A stretch of DNA of 64,000 bases. It comes from Azolla caroliniana (lineage: Eukaryota; Plantae; Polypodiophyta). The DNA lies in assembly GCA_043228905.1 (NCBI GenBank), contig JBHGNT010000011.1:12152001-12216000 (forward strand). Reading direction: 5' to 3'. This document shows positions 1-12,867 of this stretch, piece after piece (the first letter of the stretch is position 1; every line of letters begins with the position of its first letter). Both the position numbers and the translations under genes were made by a program. The notes beneath the pieces are model-generated. The model made no database searches. It was not told where the DNA came from and saw nothing but the letters and a program-made list of their open reading frames with translations.

Positions 1-1268
1 CGCATCCAATTCATGACTAATGAGGTCATGCACAATACATCCAACCACATCATAAAACTCATGACGTGCTCTACTCACCTCATTTGTCATTAACAATCGT
101 GGGCCAATCAACTCCTTAAAGTAATGAACACATATGTCAATTATTTTAGTAGGATCGACTATCCATTCATCACCTTGCTTCACATGTACCACATTAGATC
201 GAGTATAAGTAGGATGTAACGCTTGGAAAAACAAATGGGATTGACATTGATTATCTATGAGCCCATCCCTCAATTGTCGCATCTTCGCATAACGATAACT
301 TTGGCATTGCAACTGAGAAATGATAACATGCAATTGACTTTGGATATCCAAAAGCTCCTCATCTAAAGGTGCACGTATCAATAATGCATTACACCTAGAG
401 AGAACTTGTGAGAATTTTAGAAGAAGACCTCCTCTTCGTTGAGCATTAGTTACTCCATACATACGATGAACGATCTTAATATTTTGTAATGTGATATCCC
501 ATGCTTTAATTCCTTTAATATTCACTTCTTGTGAAAAATTTAATAAAATTTGCTCCATGAGAGAATCAAAGTGAGGTTGAAGCAAAAGAGAAGAGTTAAA
601 GCGTAATGGAGGCTTTCCAAGTAAAGATTTATACATGTCAATTGCATGACCACAAATCTCCAAACAAATAGGAAAATGATCTGAAGTTCCTACATCTTGT
701 AAAACTGCCATACGAAGTGATGTCGGTAAAAAAGAATCGTTATGCATCACATATATTCTATCTAACCGACTCCATGTTTGTCTATGTTGAGCGGATTGGA
801 AAGTAAAACTTGGATTGTTCCCATGCAACCATGTCCAAACATCCAACTTCAAAACCTCCACAGCCAATGAATCCCAAGCAAGTTGCTCAAGATCATCCAT
901 GATTGAATGTTCAGACGTAGATTGAGATACATCAACACACATGTTAAAATCACCCATAAGTAATCCTGGATGGCCCACACATAGGGTTTGACGAAGTGAG
1001 CCCCATAATGCAATACATTGAGTGGCTTGGTTAGGGGCATAAATCCCAACCACCCACACAACCTTGCCAAAAAAAGTGATTTCTAGAACCAAAAACCGAC
1101 CATAAGGATCATTATGCACCACCTGAGGAAAATACTTATCCCGCACGATTAATACCACACCTAAATAATCATTATTAAGATGTCCTGCATAGAATGATGA
1201 ATATCCACGCAAATGAACTGTGGATCCTGCTAAATCATGACACTTATGCTCAACTGCACATAATATAT

Positions 1269-1618
1269 TGTCAAGATTTGAACTCTTGACACGACCATGT
1301 TATAATATAGTATCATGGGTTAACCAATATATCTAATACACAGTTATGTATGTAATTGGTCCTTATTGTTTTGCTAGCATCATGTGCATAGTTGCTCCCT
1401 TGTAGTATTTATACTTGGCACATGCATGCATACCTACATGCTCTATTGTAGATTCACATGCGTGCAACAAGTATGCATGCCATGTAGTATAAATAGAGGA
1501 GTTCACCTTGAAGGAATTCAAGGTGAACAACACCAGTTATGGAGTCTTTTCGTTAATAGTACTCATCCATTTGTCTATCTTCTTTCTTGTCTCTTGAGCT
1601 TATGATCTATCCGTGACA
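1269..1618 (+). repeat. 5' LTR of the gypsy element (350 bp)
   Basis: TGTCA...TGACA termini, TATAAATA at 1488-1495. Differs from the 3' LTR by 4 substitutions and one 3-nt indel. Confidence 0.96.
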
Positions 1619-1668
1619 GTTTATTCACCTTCCCATCCTCATAGCTCTCCCTCTCATAAGCCATAGCT

Positions 1669-2700
1669 ATGTCCGACTCAACTAGTGAGTTAGGCCAAAT
1701 AATGGTAGCCTTACAACAACTCCAACTTGAAAATGAAGCTCTTCGAAATTCTTTACAAGAACTTCAAGTTGGTGCCTCCCTATCCTCACAACCCCCGAAG
1801 CCTAGTCTCCCACAACAACCTAGCCTAGAGCCTGATCTTCTACCAACATCTAGCCTAGCTTCGTCACATTTTCTTGAGCCTAAGGTTAGCCTCCCAGAAA
1901 AATTTGATGGAACGAGGTCGCGTTTCCGAGGGTCCATCAACCAAGTTCGACTTATCATTCGGCTACAACCTCAACATTATGGAGATGGTCTTCGACAAGT
2001 CGGCCTTGTGAGCACCCTTCTCTCCGGTCCGCCCCAAGCTTGGTTTGCACCATTGGTAGAAACCTCTTCACCTCTATTGGAGAACTTTCCCGCCTTCCTT
2101 GCCGAGTTAGAGGCCACATTTGGAGAGACGGACCGACGACGCACAGCTCTTAACAAGATTTATGCACTTGAACAAGGTTTGCATGCAGCTTCAGTCTATG
2201 CTTAAGAATTTCGACAACTAGCATGCGACGTCAATTGGGATGATCAAGCTTTAGTTGATCACTTTCGGCGCGGCCTTCGAAGCAATGTCAAGAATCTTCT
2301 CTTAAACTTTCCGGAGCCCACCTCGTTATCCCAAGCGATTTCACAAGTAGTCCATTGTGACAATCGTCTATTCGAATTTCGTCAGGAAGAGCGCCGAACT
2401 TGGGTTCCACCTCATTCACTTCCACGCCACGGCCCGGTCATACAACCCCAACCATCCCCCCCACCGACTGCGTCACACTCCCCTACTTTGGTAGATGCTC
2501 CTGTCCCCATGGAAATTGATCAAACCCGATTTCGGCCATTGACTGATGTCGAACGACAATTTCGGCGGGCTAATGGCTTGTGCATGTATTGTGGCGCCTC
2601 TGGTCATGTCGTTCGCCATTGTCCTAGGAGTAATCGCCCACAATTCCATCGAGCTAATGGACCCCACCATCTGGAAAACGACATCGTTCAGTTGCAGTAG
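1669..2700 (+). pseudogene. gag with CCHC zinc knuckle and a premature stop at 2203-2205
   Basis: LPEKFDG retrotransposon gag motif, PVPMEID motif and CMYCGASGHVVRHC. ORFs 1669-2205 and 2488-2700 share one frame. Confidence 0.9.
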
Positions 2701-2748
2701 GAGCCATGCAACTGGACATCTCCCCTCGCCGGACCATCAGGTTTCACA

Positions 2749-5700
2749 TTGGAGGTATGGCTTTCATTTAACTCTAGTTCCATTCAGTTTGTTGCTTTAC
2801 TTGATTCTGGGGCATCTTCTTGCTTCATCGACATCGTGTTTGCCCAAGCACATGGTGTACCTGTCGTTGGCCTCTCAAAACCCATTCTCATTGAAGCCAT
2901 CGACGGGTGCGTCCTCTCGTCATGTGCAATTACTCAAGCTACAATCCCATTAGGGCTTTGTGTGGGCTCACACCAGGAGGAGCTCACCTTTTACCTCATC
3001 GCATCTCCTCAACATCTGATCTTCTTAGGACTAACGTGGTTGGAGGCACACAATCCAATAGTGGATTGGTGCAACCGCTCGATCACATTTAGCAAGCCAG
3101 GATGCTCGTGCAAAAGTATGATGGTAAATTCAGTTTCCCATCCTTCGGAGAAGGTCGATTCCGATTTGACTACCCCATCATCGGTCCAGGATGGGTTTGT
3201 TGGTGGCGCCGTTTCTAACACACTCCATGTTATTCCCGACAAATACCAACACTTCTCCGATGTATTTGAAAAATGTAATGTTGATCGTTTGCCTGAACAC
3301 CGGCTCTACGACTGTCCGATTGATCTTCAAGAAGGTGCGTGTCCACCCTTTGGTCCTCTATATGCGTTGTCTGCACCAGAGTTGAAGGCCCTTCGTGTGT
3401 ATCTCGATGAGAACCTCGAGAAAGGATTTATTCAACCTTCTAAGTCACCAGCCAGGGCCCCCATTTTATTTGTGAAGAAGAAGGATGGCTCTCTACGCTT
3501 ATTCGTCGACTACCGAGGTCTCAACAAACTCATTGTGCGCAACCGCTATCCGCTACCTCTAATCCCCGAACTCCTTGATCGGCTCCGAGTTGCGCATGTC
3601 TTCTCCAAAGTTGATCTGCGTGGAGCGTATAATCTAGTTCACATCAAGCCGGGGGATGAATGGAAAACCGCATTTCGAACACAGTATGGGCATTTCGAAT
3701 ACAAGGTAATGCCTTTTGGTCTTACTAACGATCCAACAGTTTTTCAACATATGATGAACGATATATTCCGGGAATATCTTGATCATTTTGTTGTCATTTA
3801 CCTTGATGATATTCTCATTTTCTCGCCAAACATGGAGGAGCACACTCGCCAAGTCCGATTAGTTCTTGCCAAACTTCGCGAGCATGGTCTTTATGCCAAA
3901 GGCAAGAAATGCGAGTTCGACCGTACCTCGATCGAATTTCTGGGCTACATCATCTCGCCCACTAGCATCACCATGGATATGAAGAATGTCTCTGTCATTC
4001 AGGCCTGGGTGACTCCAAAGCGACTTAAAGATGTGCAATCCTTCCTCGGCTTCGCGAATTTTTACCGTCGCTTCATCAAGGGGTTTTCCACCCTAGCACA
4101 ACCTCTTATCACTCTCACTCGTAAAGGCACTCCATTTTTATGGACCTCGGAGGCGCAAACTGCGTTCGACTCACTCAAACACGCATTCATCACTGCCCCG
4201 GTGCTGCTACATGCCGACCCCACAAAACCCTTCCAAGTCGAAACCAATGCCTCTGACTTCGCCATTGGTGCCATCTTATCCCAGGCAGACGACACCAACC
4301 TAATGCACCCAGTGGCTTACTACTCCCGGAAATTCACGGCATCCGAAATCAATTATCCCATATACGACAAGGAGCTTGCTGCTATCATTGCTGCCTTTGA
4401 AGAATGGCGACCCTACTTGGCCGGCGCACAACATCGTCTCCAAGTAGTGACTGATCATAAAAATTTAGTTTATTTTTCCATCACTCGTACTTTGAATCGA
4501 AGGTATGTCCGTTGGTTGACATTTCTCGCCGACTACGATTTTGAGATCGTATTTCGACCTGGTGACCAACATGGGAAGGCCGATGCCCTTTCTCGTCAAG
4601 CTGACCTTGCACTCCGCCCTAGGGATGCTGCTTATGCTCAACAATCTAGAAGTTTGTTGAAACCCGACCAATTGCATCTTTTTGCCACTTGTATGTTGCA
4701 GGATGATTCATTACTCCAACAGATCACTGATGCATCCAAGACCGATGCGTTCGCCAACGAGATTCGAGATAGTCTACAAAACCCCTCCAAGGCGACCAAA
4801 AGGAAGGATCTTGACACCTTCACCATACACGAGGGTTTGTTGTTCCGAGATCATGTCTTATATGTCCCAGAGGGCCCATGTCGCACCCGGGTGTTGCGGG
4901 AATGCCACGATGACCCACTTGCAGGTCATTTCGGGGTCGCGAAAACCCTCGAGCTAATCTCTCGGGGGTATTGGTGGCCACAACCATGGAAGTTGGTCAA
5001 AGAATACATAAAGAGTTGTGAGGTTTGTGCTCGCTCCAAAGTCATTCATCATCGGCCATACGGCTTACTACAGCCGCTTCCATGTCCTCGTCGTCCCTGG
5101 GCCTCTATCTCTATGGACCTGATAACTGATCTACCCTTGGTCAATAGCTATGACTCAGTGTTGGTCGTTGTCAATTGGTTTACGAAGATGGCTCACTTCA
5201 CTCCATGCTCCAAAACCATTTCTGGAGAAGGAATGGTGCATCTACTACTCAACAATGTGGTACGCTTGCATGGACTCCCCGATGATGTCATCTCCGATCG
5301 CGGACCCCAGTTTGTCTCTCACTTCTAGCAGCGCCTGCTACAAAATTTAGGCATCTCTGTCAAGTTGTCATCTGCTTATCACCCCCAAACTGACGGGCAA
5401 ACGGAGCGTGTCAACCAAATCCTTGAGCAGTATCTTCGGTGCTCTGTTAGTTACCAACAAGATGATTGGGTCAACTACTTTCGCTCGCGGAATTTGCCTA
5501 CAATAATTCTCTCCATGCATCGACTGGCGTCACTCCCTTCTTTGCCAACTATGGTTTACATCCTCGCTACAACATTTCCCTTCCTACCACTTCCGTGAAC
5601 CCTTCGGCGGAGGATCGTGCTCGTATTTTGGAAGAACTACATCATGATTTATCCTTGGAGCTTAGTCTTGCTAGTGAACGATACAAGCAGCAAGTTGATC

Positions 5701-6190
5701 GCCATCGATCTGCCACTCCACACTTTGTCGTTGGAGACATGGTCTGGTTGTTACGTTGACACATCTCTACTACTCGTCCATGTGCGAAACTTGATTACAA
5801 GAAGTTGGGACCATTCCGTATCATCAAGTGCATCAATCTTGTCGCCTTCCGGCTCGCCCTTCCATCCCACTTCTGGATTCATGATGTTTTTCATGTCTCC
5901 CTCCTCGAACCCCATTATGCTTCACAACTCCCAAGACGTCAGGCCCCTCCACCACCACCTGTGCAATTGACGACAGGGGACGAATACGAGATCGACCAAA
6001 TCCTTGACTCGCGTTGGCACCGTTGACACTTGCAATACCTTGTCCTATGGAAGGGTTACCCCATGTCTGAGGCCACGTGGGAACCATCGGAAAATTTACA
6101 AAATGCCCCAAAGGTCGTCCAAGATTTTCATCACCGATATCCCCACAAACCAGTGGCCGGTTTGGGAAGGCGGTGTCGGAGGGGGGATAA
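2749..6190 (+). pseudogene. pol: aspartic protease, RT, RNase H, integrase and chromodomain, with several stops and frameshifts after 5328
   Basis: ALLDSGA, YLDDILI, ETNASDFAIGAIL, HHCC zinc motif (HDDPLAGH...CEVC), [23 protein letters not shown] motif, and chromodomain EYEIDQILDSR...YLVLWKGYPMSEATWEP at about 5980-6145. Confidence 0.95.
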
Positions 6191-6543
6191 TGTCAAGATT
6201 CGAACTCTTGACACGACCATGTTATAATATAGTATCATGGGTTAACCAATATATCTAATACACAGTTATGTATGTAATTGGTCCTTATTGTTTTGCTAGC
6301 ATCATGACATGCATAGTTGCTCCCTTGTAGTATTTACACTTGGCACATGCATGCATACCTACATGCTCTATTGTAGATTCACATGCGTGCAACAAGTATG
6401 CATGCCATGTAGTATAAATAAAGGAGTTCACCTTGAAGGAATTCAAGGTGAACAACACCAGTTATGGAGTCTTTTCGTTAATAGTACTCATCCATTTGTC
6501 TATCTTCTTTCTTGTCTCTTGAGCTTACGATCTATCCGTGACA
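6191..6543 (+). repeat. 3' LTR of the gypsy element (353 bp)
   Basis: Direct repeat of 1269-1618, followed by TSD TATAT. Confidence 0.96.
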
Positions 6544-8496
6544 TATATCTCATTCTTTACTTAATAAAGTTTGCCATAATATATACTTCTTATGAGGAGA
6601 ACATGCCCCTCTCACATTCCATGTTACCACTTTCATTCAGTCAACAATGTTATGGGTACACTTGCTCCTTTAGAGCAACGGATGTCATGAAACTACTCAA
6701 AGCATGTTCCAATGCTGCATATGGATTTTCATGCACCATATCCTTAGAGTTGTCTATCGAACTCTTTTGTTTAGGTTCTCTCGCTTGATGAAAACCTCGA
6801 GAATTTGATGAATTTACAACCCGTCCCAATGAATCAAATTGAAGGTGAAGGGGTAATCCCTTATCCCTAAATTGTCTTTGCCAAGGAACTTTTCGAGGAC
6901 CTTCCCTAGTTCCTGAATTACTTTTCCAAGTAGTCTCACAAGTAGTGGGCAAACTATTACGTTGCATATTCATTAATTTGCTCTTCGACTTGCCCAAGTA
7001 ACCTGATGCCAATCCTTTTCAACAACATCATTACTAGTTCTATCCAACGGTTTTTTCTCCTTATCTATAAGCACCAAATTTTGTTTTTCCATATCCATAG
7101 ATTGAGTTCCCTTATTCTTAGGGCCCAAAACCTTGAAGAGAAACCTCTTTATAACCTGCTCTAGATGATGTTCCTTCATCCATAACAACCACCATATCTG
7201 ACACACCAACATCTCTCCCAACTCCTTCCTTACCATTCCCTTCATTAGGAACCTCTATAGTTGAAGGACAATGACGATGGCATTCCACCATAAAGGGACC
7301 CCATCCACCACATCCAAAACAATGACCTGCAAATGTCTCCCACTTCAATTTAAAACAAAGTCTTTTCATTCCAGGTGTGTTCATACGCACCCATCCTGGC
7401 TTGTTACGACTTGTATCCCATAACACACAAAATTTGCACTTATTTGTAGCATTTGCATGTGGAGATACCAACACTTTACCCGTTTGACTTATCAATTCTG
7501 GTAAAAGTGGCCATAAAAAAGCATGCTTACAATCCATTGTTACCCAAACAGGACATTCTTGTTTCAACAATGCATGATAGTCCACAACAGGGGACCATTG
7601 CATTACATGCACCAATCGTTTATCAAAAAACACTGGAACTTTAGCCAACAGTGCACTTCGATGTTCCGGTGAACGAAACACTACATCATAAAACCCTTGT
7701 GGTCCTACATATATATTTTCAACACAATTTGGTGACACGATTGTATTCAACCATTGTTTAATCCAATTAATGTATGGGAGTTTCCCAGTGAAAAACAATA
7801 TAACTGCATGATCATAAAATACATCAAAAGATTGCAACACTACCTTAGCATCAACATCCACATCATGCACATCCTCATCATTGCATTTTCATTTTCTTCC
7901 ACAATATCAGACAATAAGGTATTGGCAATTCCCCATAAAGTATCCCAATTACAATTATCCTTGTCAACCTCATCTTCATGTATTACTTCGGCATATGTCG
8001 TTTTTTTCTCATTAATTTCCTCAATGCCCTTAAACCTCTTAGAGCTTCTAATGTCTTCCCTTTCACGATTACATTTAACCATCACGTTACTCTTTTTTGG
8101 ATCAATTGTTTCCATATCGATGTCCCCCACAATTTGAGAGGAATTCATGTTTATATTCATTATTCTTGATGTGATAGTGATCTGGGATAAAAACAATTTT
8201 CCATGAACAAGAAAGACAACCGGAACTCACCTGATTGAAGAGGTGGAAGATGATGAATACAATCGAAGACCCGCAATGTGTGTTGAGTATGTGGATGCCG
8301 ACAACACAAGATTCCTTATTTTAATCGCTGCTTCTCGCACAGATCACCAAATTTAACTTGCTATATCTCGTTACGAAGCTCTAATCGAGTGCTTTCCAAT
8401 GCATGTCTTTATGCTTGATTCCGTTATCAATAGAGAGCGCAACAATAAAAACAATTTCGCTTTTTCTTCCTCTCTCCACTCTTGCTTTTTTTTTCG

Positions 8497-8540
<44 letters not shown>

Positions 8541-8669
8541 ATCATAATTAGCTTACCCTAATGGTAAGTCAATAACACTACAAGCACTGTGTCTTGGGTT
8601 TGAAACCCAATTTCCTCACCTCTCTATTATATACTTCATATATATCTCTATTTCACTAGATGCCACTGT

Positions 8670-8744
8670 GGAATGTAGGGGTTGAACCCATGACCACCTA
8701 CACTGGTCCCCATTGGGCAACCTTACCAACTGAGCTACATCCAT
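8670..8744 (-). mobile_element. tRNA-derived SINE head or tRNA pseudogene
   Basis: The minus strand reads GGATGTAGCTCAGTTGGTAAGG...GTCATGGGTTCAACCCCTAC, giving an A box (TAGCTCAGTTGG) and a B box (GGTTCAACCC). Cloverleaf stems are imperfect. Confidence 0.6.
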
Positions 8745-8746
8745 CT

Positions 8747-8749
<3 letters not shown>

Positions 8750-8803
<54 letters not shown>

Positions 8804-8816
8804 CTATCTCTCTCTC
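8750..8816. repeat. (CT)n microsatellite
   Basis: Direct reading. Similar tracts at about 8497-8537, 12784-12866, 12958-13008 and 21233-21279. Confidence 0.95.
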
Positions 8817-11800
8817 GTAAATGTATGTTTATATTAAACAACATGATAATACAAAAAAACCTTGCTATCAAAACTACGTCAAAGGTAGCGATGTGGCAAT
8901 GACAACCTTCTAAGGTGTTGCAATACAAAGCAACACAAATGTACCTCATTTGGGACAAAGTTCCCATACAACATAATTGTGAAAATGGCCACTCCAAATG
9001 CAGACAAATCTTCCCTTTATCTAGTATTCGGCCACTCCAAACAAGATTAACCAAATCTTGTTCAGTGCATCTAATCAACAATGACTTGTGCATATTAATA
9101 TGTAAACCTGATGCTAAGGCAAAGATCTTCCACACCTCCATGGCTTTGGCTATGTTACTGGGATGCGCCTTGAGAAACAAAAAAGAATCATTTGCCAATG
9201 CTTGAGCTATCAGCTGATTCCCTGAGGGTAAAACAAGTCCCACTATATCTCGACATATCGCTAACTCATGCATTTTAACCAAAAGTGGGTGGGTAACAAT
9301 GACAAATAATAATGGACTCAATGGAAATCCTTGTCTCACTGACCTTGTTAATGATATTGTTAGTCACTCCACCATTTAACATGACATGTGACACTACACC
9401 TAATCCCAACATAAATGAGAGTCGAGACATCCTTGTACCAAAACCCATCTCAGACATAAGTTGGGCAAGAAATGACCAATTGACATGATCATAAGCCTTC
9501 TCAATATCCAATTGTATCATAACAATTTCTTGTTTTGATTCCTTCGCATAATCCACAGCCATTTGAACATTTAAAATGTTATGAAGGATGTCCCTTCCTG
9601 CAATAAATCCATATTGCATAGGATGTACAATAAAGGGTAATACCTTCTTAAGTCGATTGGCAATTACTTTGGTAAAAATCTTGTATAAACCACCCATTAA
9701 TGATATTTGCCTCCACTGACCAAATGAAGTAGGAGAAGCAACTTTAGGTATAAGTTTGATGAGCCCAATCTTCCAAGAACTAGGCATGTTACCAGAACTC
9801 CACACTTCTTGAAAGATTGTTGTAAGGGGGCCTTTAAGATCTTGAACAAATGATTTTAAAAACTCATTCGTAATTCCATCCCAACCTAGACTTTTATCAT
9901 TAAATGCAAGATGTGATAAGACCGACTCCACCTCTTCTTCTCTTATGTCCTCTTCTATACTCATCACAACCTGTTGCCTAACATTGCCCTTGATGGATTG
10001 AAAAAACATTGATCGTGCTTCTTTCATATCATTATCTAGAATACTTTCATGACCTAGAAGTTTTGTAAAATGTTGAATACAATTATCAATAATTACTTGT
10101 GGATTTGTACTCAAAGTTCCATCAACTTTTATGCGTACCACATTCATTCTAGCATGAGATGCATGTAACCCATGAAAGAATTTATGTGAGACAGAGTTAT
10201 GATCATATACCTCTTGTTTCTTGTCCCTCACCTAAAACTATTGATAACTTCTGACCTGAAGATCTTGTAGTGCTTGATTCAATGTAACTTGAATATCCAA
10301 TAATATGTCATCCACCGGGCTTGAGACCAACAAAGCATTACACTTGTGTAATAATTGTTGGAGTGCTCTCACTTTTTTTTACGGACAATTTCTTGAGAAA
10401 TCCCATAATGTCAAGCAAACCGTTGAATATTATAAAGGCAAACATCCCAGGAAGAAGCACCACCAATATTAACGTGTCTTCTAAATTCTCCCACTAGTTG
10501 TCCCATAGCATGCTTGAAACGGTCATGCTCAAGAAAAGAAGAATTAAATCTAATTGATTGTCTTCCCAATAAAGCTTTAAAACCATCCACCCCTTGATGT
10601 GTGCATTCCAAGATAACTGGAAAATGATCAGACGATGCAATACCTCTATATACCTGCATAATCAACACTTCTGGCAAAAACCTTTCATCATGCATTATAT
10701 ATATGCGATCCAACCTACTTCAGTCGATCTGAATTGTGTGGATTGGAAAGTATACCTAGAATTTGTTCCATTAATTCAAAGCCATGCATCTTACTTCAAA
10801 ACCTCTATTGCAAATAAGTCCTAAGCCACTCTTTCTGGAGCATCCATCAAACTATGCATCGAAGTAGATTGCCCCACCTCTGAACACATATTGAAATCAC
10901 CCAATAAAAATCCTGGATTTCCATTACTAAGAACTTCATTCAAACGTTGCCAAAGTTCAATACGTTGAGAGACTTCATTTGGTGCATAAATACCAACAAT
11001 CCAAATCCTTTGCCCTTCATAATTTATCTCAACCACTATGTACCGACCATGTATATCACTTTGAACCACCACTGGTTGCAAGGTATCTTTAACAATAAGA
11101 ATTACACCTGAATAAAGTCCACCAATGACACCCGCATAACAGACATGATACCCATTATGTTGAATAAAAGACCCAACCTTAGCATGGTCCTTATGCTCTA
11201 CTGCACACAATATATCCCATTGCCCCTCAAAAACATTTTTCCACATACCAAACTTCTTAGAAGGAGAACAAACACCCCTTACATTCCACGTGACTATCTT
11301 CATCAACACTAATTAGGTTACTTCTTCAAAACCTGATCGCGTTCCCATTGAGCTAATATCTCTGGGATATCTCCAAAATAATCACTTAAGACTACAAAAG
11401 CATTTTGTATAGATGGTAGCTGGTTATTGACCAATGACTCTTGAATTACCTCCTTTCCAAAGTTGCTTCTCTAATGGGGAAATGAGTTTACCAATTCTAT
11501 CAAATCTAAGGTTAAAAGGTCTTGATCCTTGATTTGATTGATACTGAGACCTATGCCAAGGTTTTGATTTTCGTTGAGATTGATTGGAAATCACCTTTGA
11601 TAACCCCATAGGATTGCTAGATGAACCTATGAGTTCCTGTCTTTGTTGTAATGGAACATTCTCCTTATGATATCGTGAGAACCTTCCATTAGCACCAACC
11701 TTGGTCCAAGGTCTTTCCTTTGTTTCAGACTCTTCTAGCACTTCTTCTACAACACGTTTACCTTTTTGCTCTGAAGGCACTATAGTGTTTTCTTTACCTA

Positions 11801-12780
11801 TATTTACCTCCTGACTTTTGTTCCTCTCATGTTCTTGCAGTACTTGATTTAGCATTACCATATCACAACAAGGGGTATTAGGACCCTCGCCAACTGGTAT
11901 TTGTTGACATTCAGCCATAAAATGACCCAATCCACCACATTTGAAACAATGATCAACAAATGAACCCCAATGCAATTGGCAACGAAATGACTACATTTTC
12001 TCCGATTTTATATTTAACCACAAAGGTCTCTTCTTAGTTGTATTCCACATCATACATAACCTATATCTATTACGTGCTTTTGGATCTGGAGCAACTATCA
12101 CTTTTCCAAATTGTTCCATTACACTTTGTATAATGGGCCACAAAAATGAGAATTTACACTCTACTTCAACCCATATTGGACACTCCTGCTTCAAAATCTC
12201 TTCAAATTCTGCTAATGGTCGCCATGGAACAATGTATACCAACTTATTATTGAAGAAAACTGGGATACGAGATAATAATCTATTTCTTTGTTCTTCAGTA
12301 CGAAATATAACCTCAAAAAAACCTCTTGGACCTTTATACACATCCTCCACATTATTTCTACCCACCATAACATTTAACCATTGACGGACCCAATCAACTA
12401 GGGGAATTTTTCCAGTAAAGAAACAAATAATACCTCAATCATGGAAAATTGAAAAGGCCTTCAAGATGTCCTTGCGGGGCAGCTCCACCTCCACAATATC
12501 ATCAGTCATTGTGTCCACCAAAATCTCTTCATCATTGGTAGCATGTCATGTGACGCTTGGTTTGCAATAGCATGGATTGTCTCCCAATATTGATCACTCA
12601 TCACCTCTTCCTCACCTTCAACCGCAACTTGGGCATATGATGGCTTCTACACCATATCTCTATCCTCCTTTTACTGATTCGGATGATCAATCTTCTATTT
12701 CTTCAAATTGATATCTTCAGTCACCATAGTGAGAGAAAGAGAAAGAGAAAGCGCATTCTCTCTTCCTCCTCTTCTTCCCT
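8817..12780 (-). mobile_element. L1-like LINE (copy B) with ORF1, APE endonuclease and RT; C-terminal part of ORF2 deleted
   Basis: ORF1 pieces 11424-12368 with HCFKCGGLGHFMAEC. ORF2 from about 11309: KIVTWNVRG, LGDFN, SDHFPV, RT motifs WRQISL, QYGFIAGR, LDIEKAYDHVNW, RQGFPLSPLLF, ALANDS. Then an abrupt jump to a T-rich 3' UTR ending at the (GA)n tract. Confidence 0.92.
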
Positions 12781-12822
12781 AATTCTTCTTCTTCTTCTTC
12801 TTCTTCTTCTTCTTCTTCTTCT

Positions 12823-12867
<45 letters not shown>

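Larger units (their letters stand above)
1269..6543 (+). mobile_element. Full-length Ty3/gypsy chromovirus LTR retrotransposon (Tcn1/Tf1-sushi-like), recently decayed
   Basis: Paired TG...CA LTRs, 5-bp TSD TATAT (1264-1268 and 6544-6548), domain order gag-PR-RT-RH-IN-chromodomain, purine-rich tract ending GGAGGGGGGATAA just before the 3' LTR. Confidence 0.97.
1..8496 (-). mobile_element. Degenerate L1-like LINE (copy A), runs off the left window edge and is interrupted by the gypsy element
   Basis: ORF1-like pieces 7118-8196 and 6650-7245 with a zinc knuckle (HCFGCGGWGPFMVEC). ORF2 begins MKVVTWNVRG at 6636 and resumes left of 1268 as ILCAVEHKCHD and WSRLDRIYVMHNDSFLPT (about 720-775), which are homologous to the APE endonuclease of LINE B. 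Many stops. The 5' end abuts (CT)n at about 8497-8537. Confidence 0.85.

Noticed and set aside
1384-1605. Duplicated small ORFs (1384-1605 and 6309-6788; 31762-32001 and 36637-36876; 29514-30108 and 41659-42253)
   Set aside because: They recur only because they lie in LTRs or the segmental duplication, and show no protein motifs.
8182-8230. Possible intron in the LINE A 5' region (minus-strand CAG/GTGAGT donor and TTTTATCCCAG acceptor)
   Set aside because: Only about 49 nt, short for a plant intron, with no independent support.
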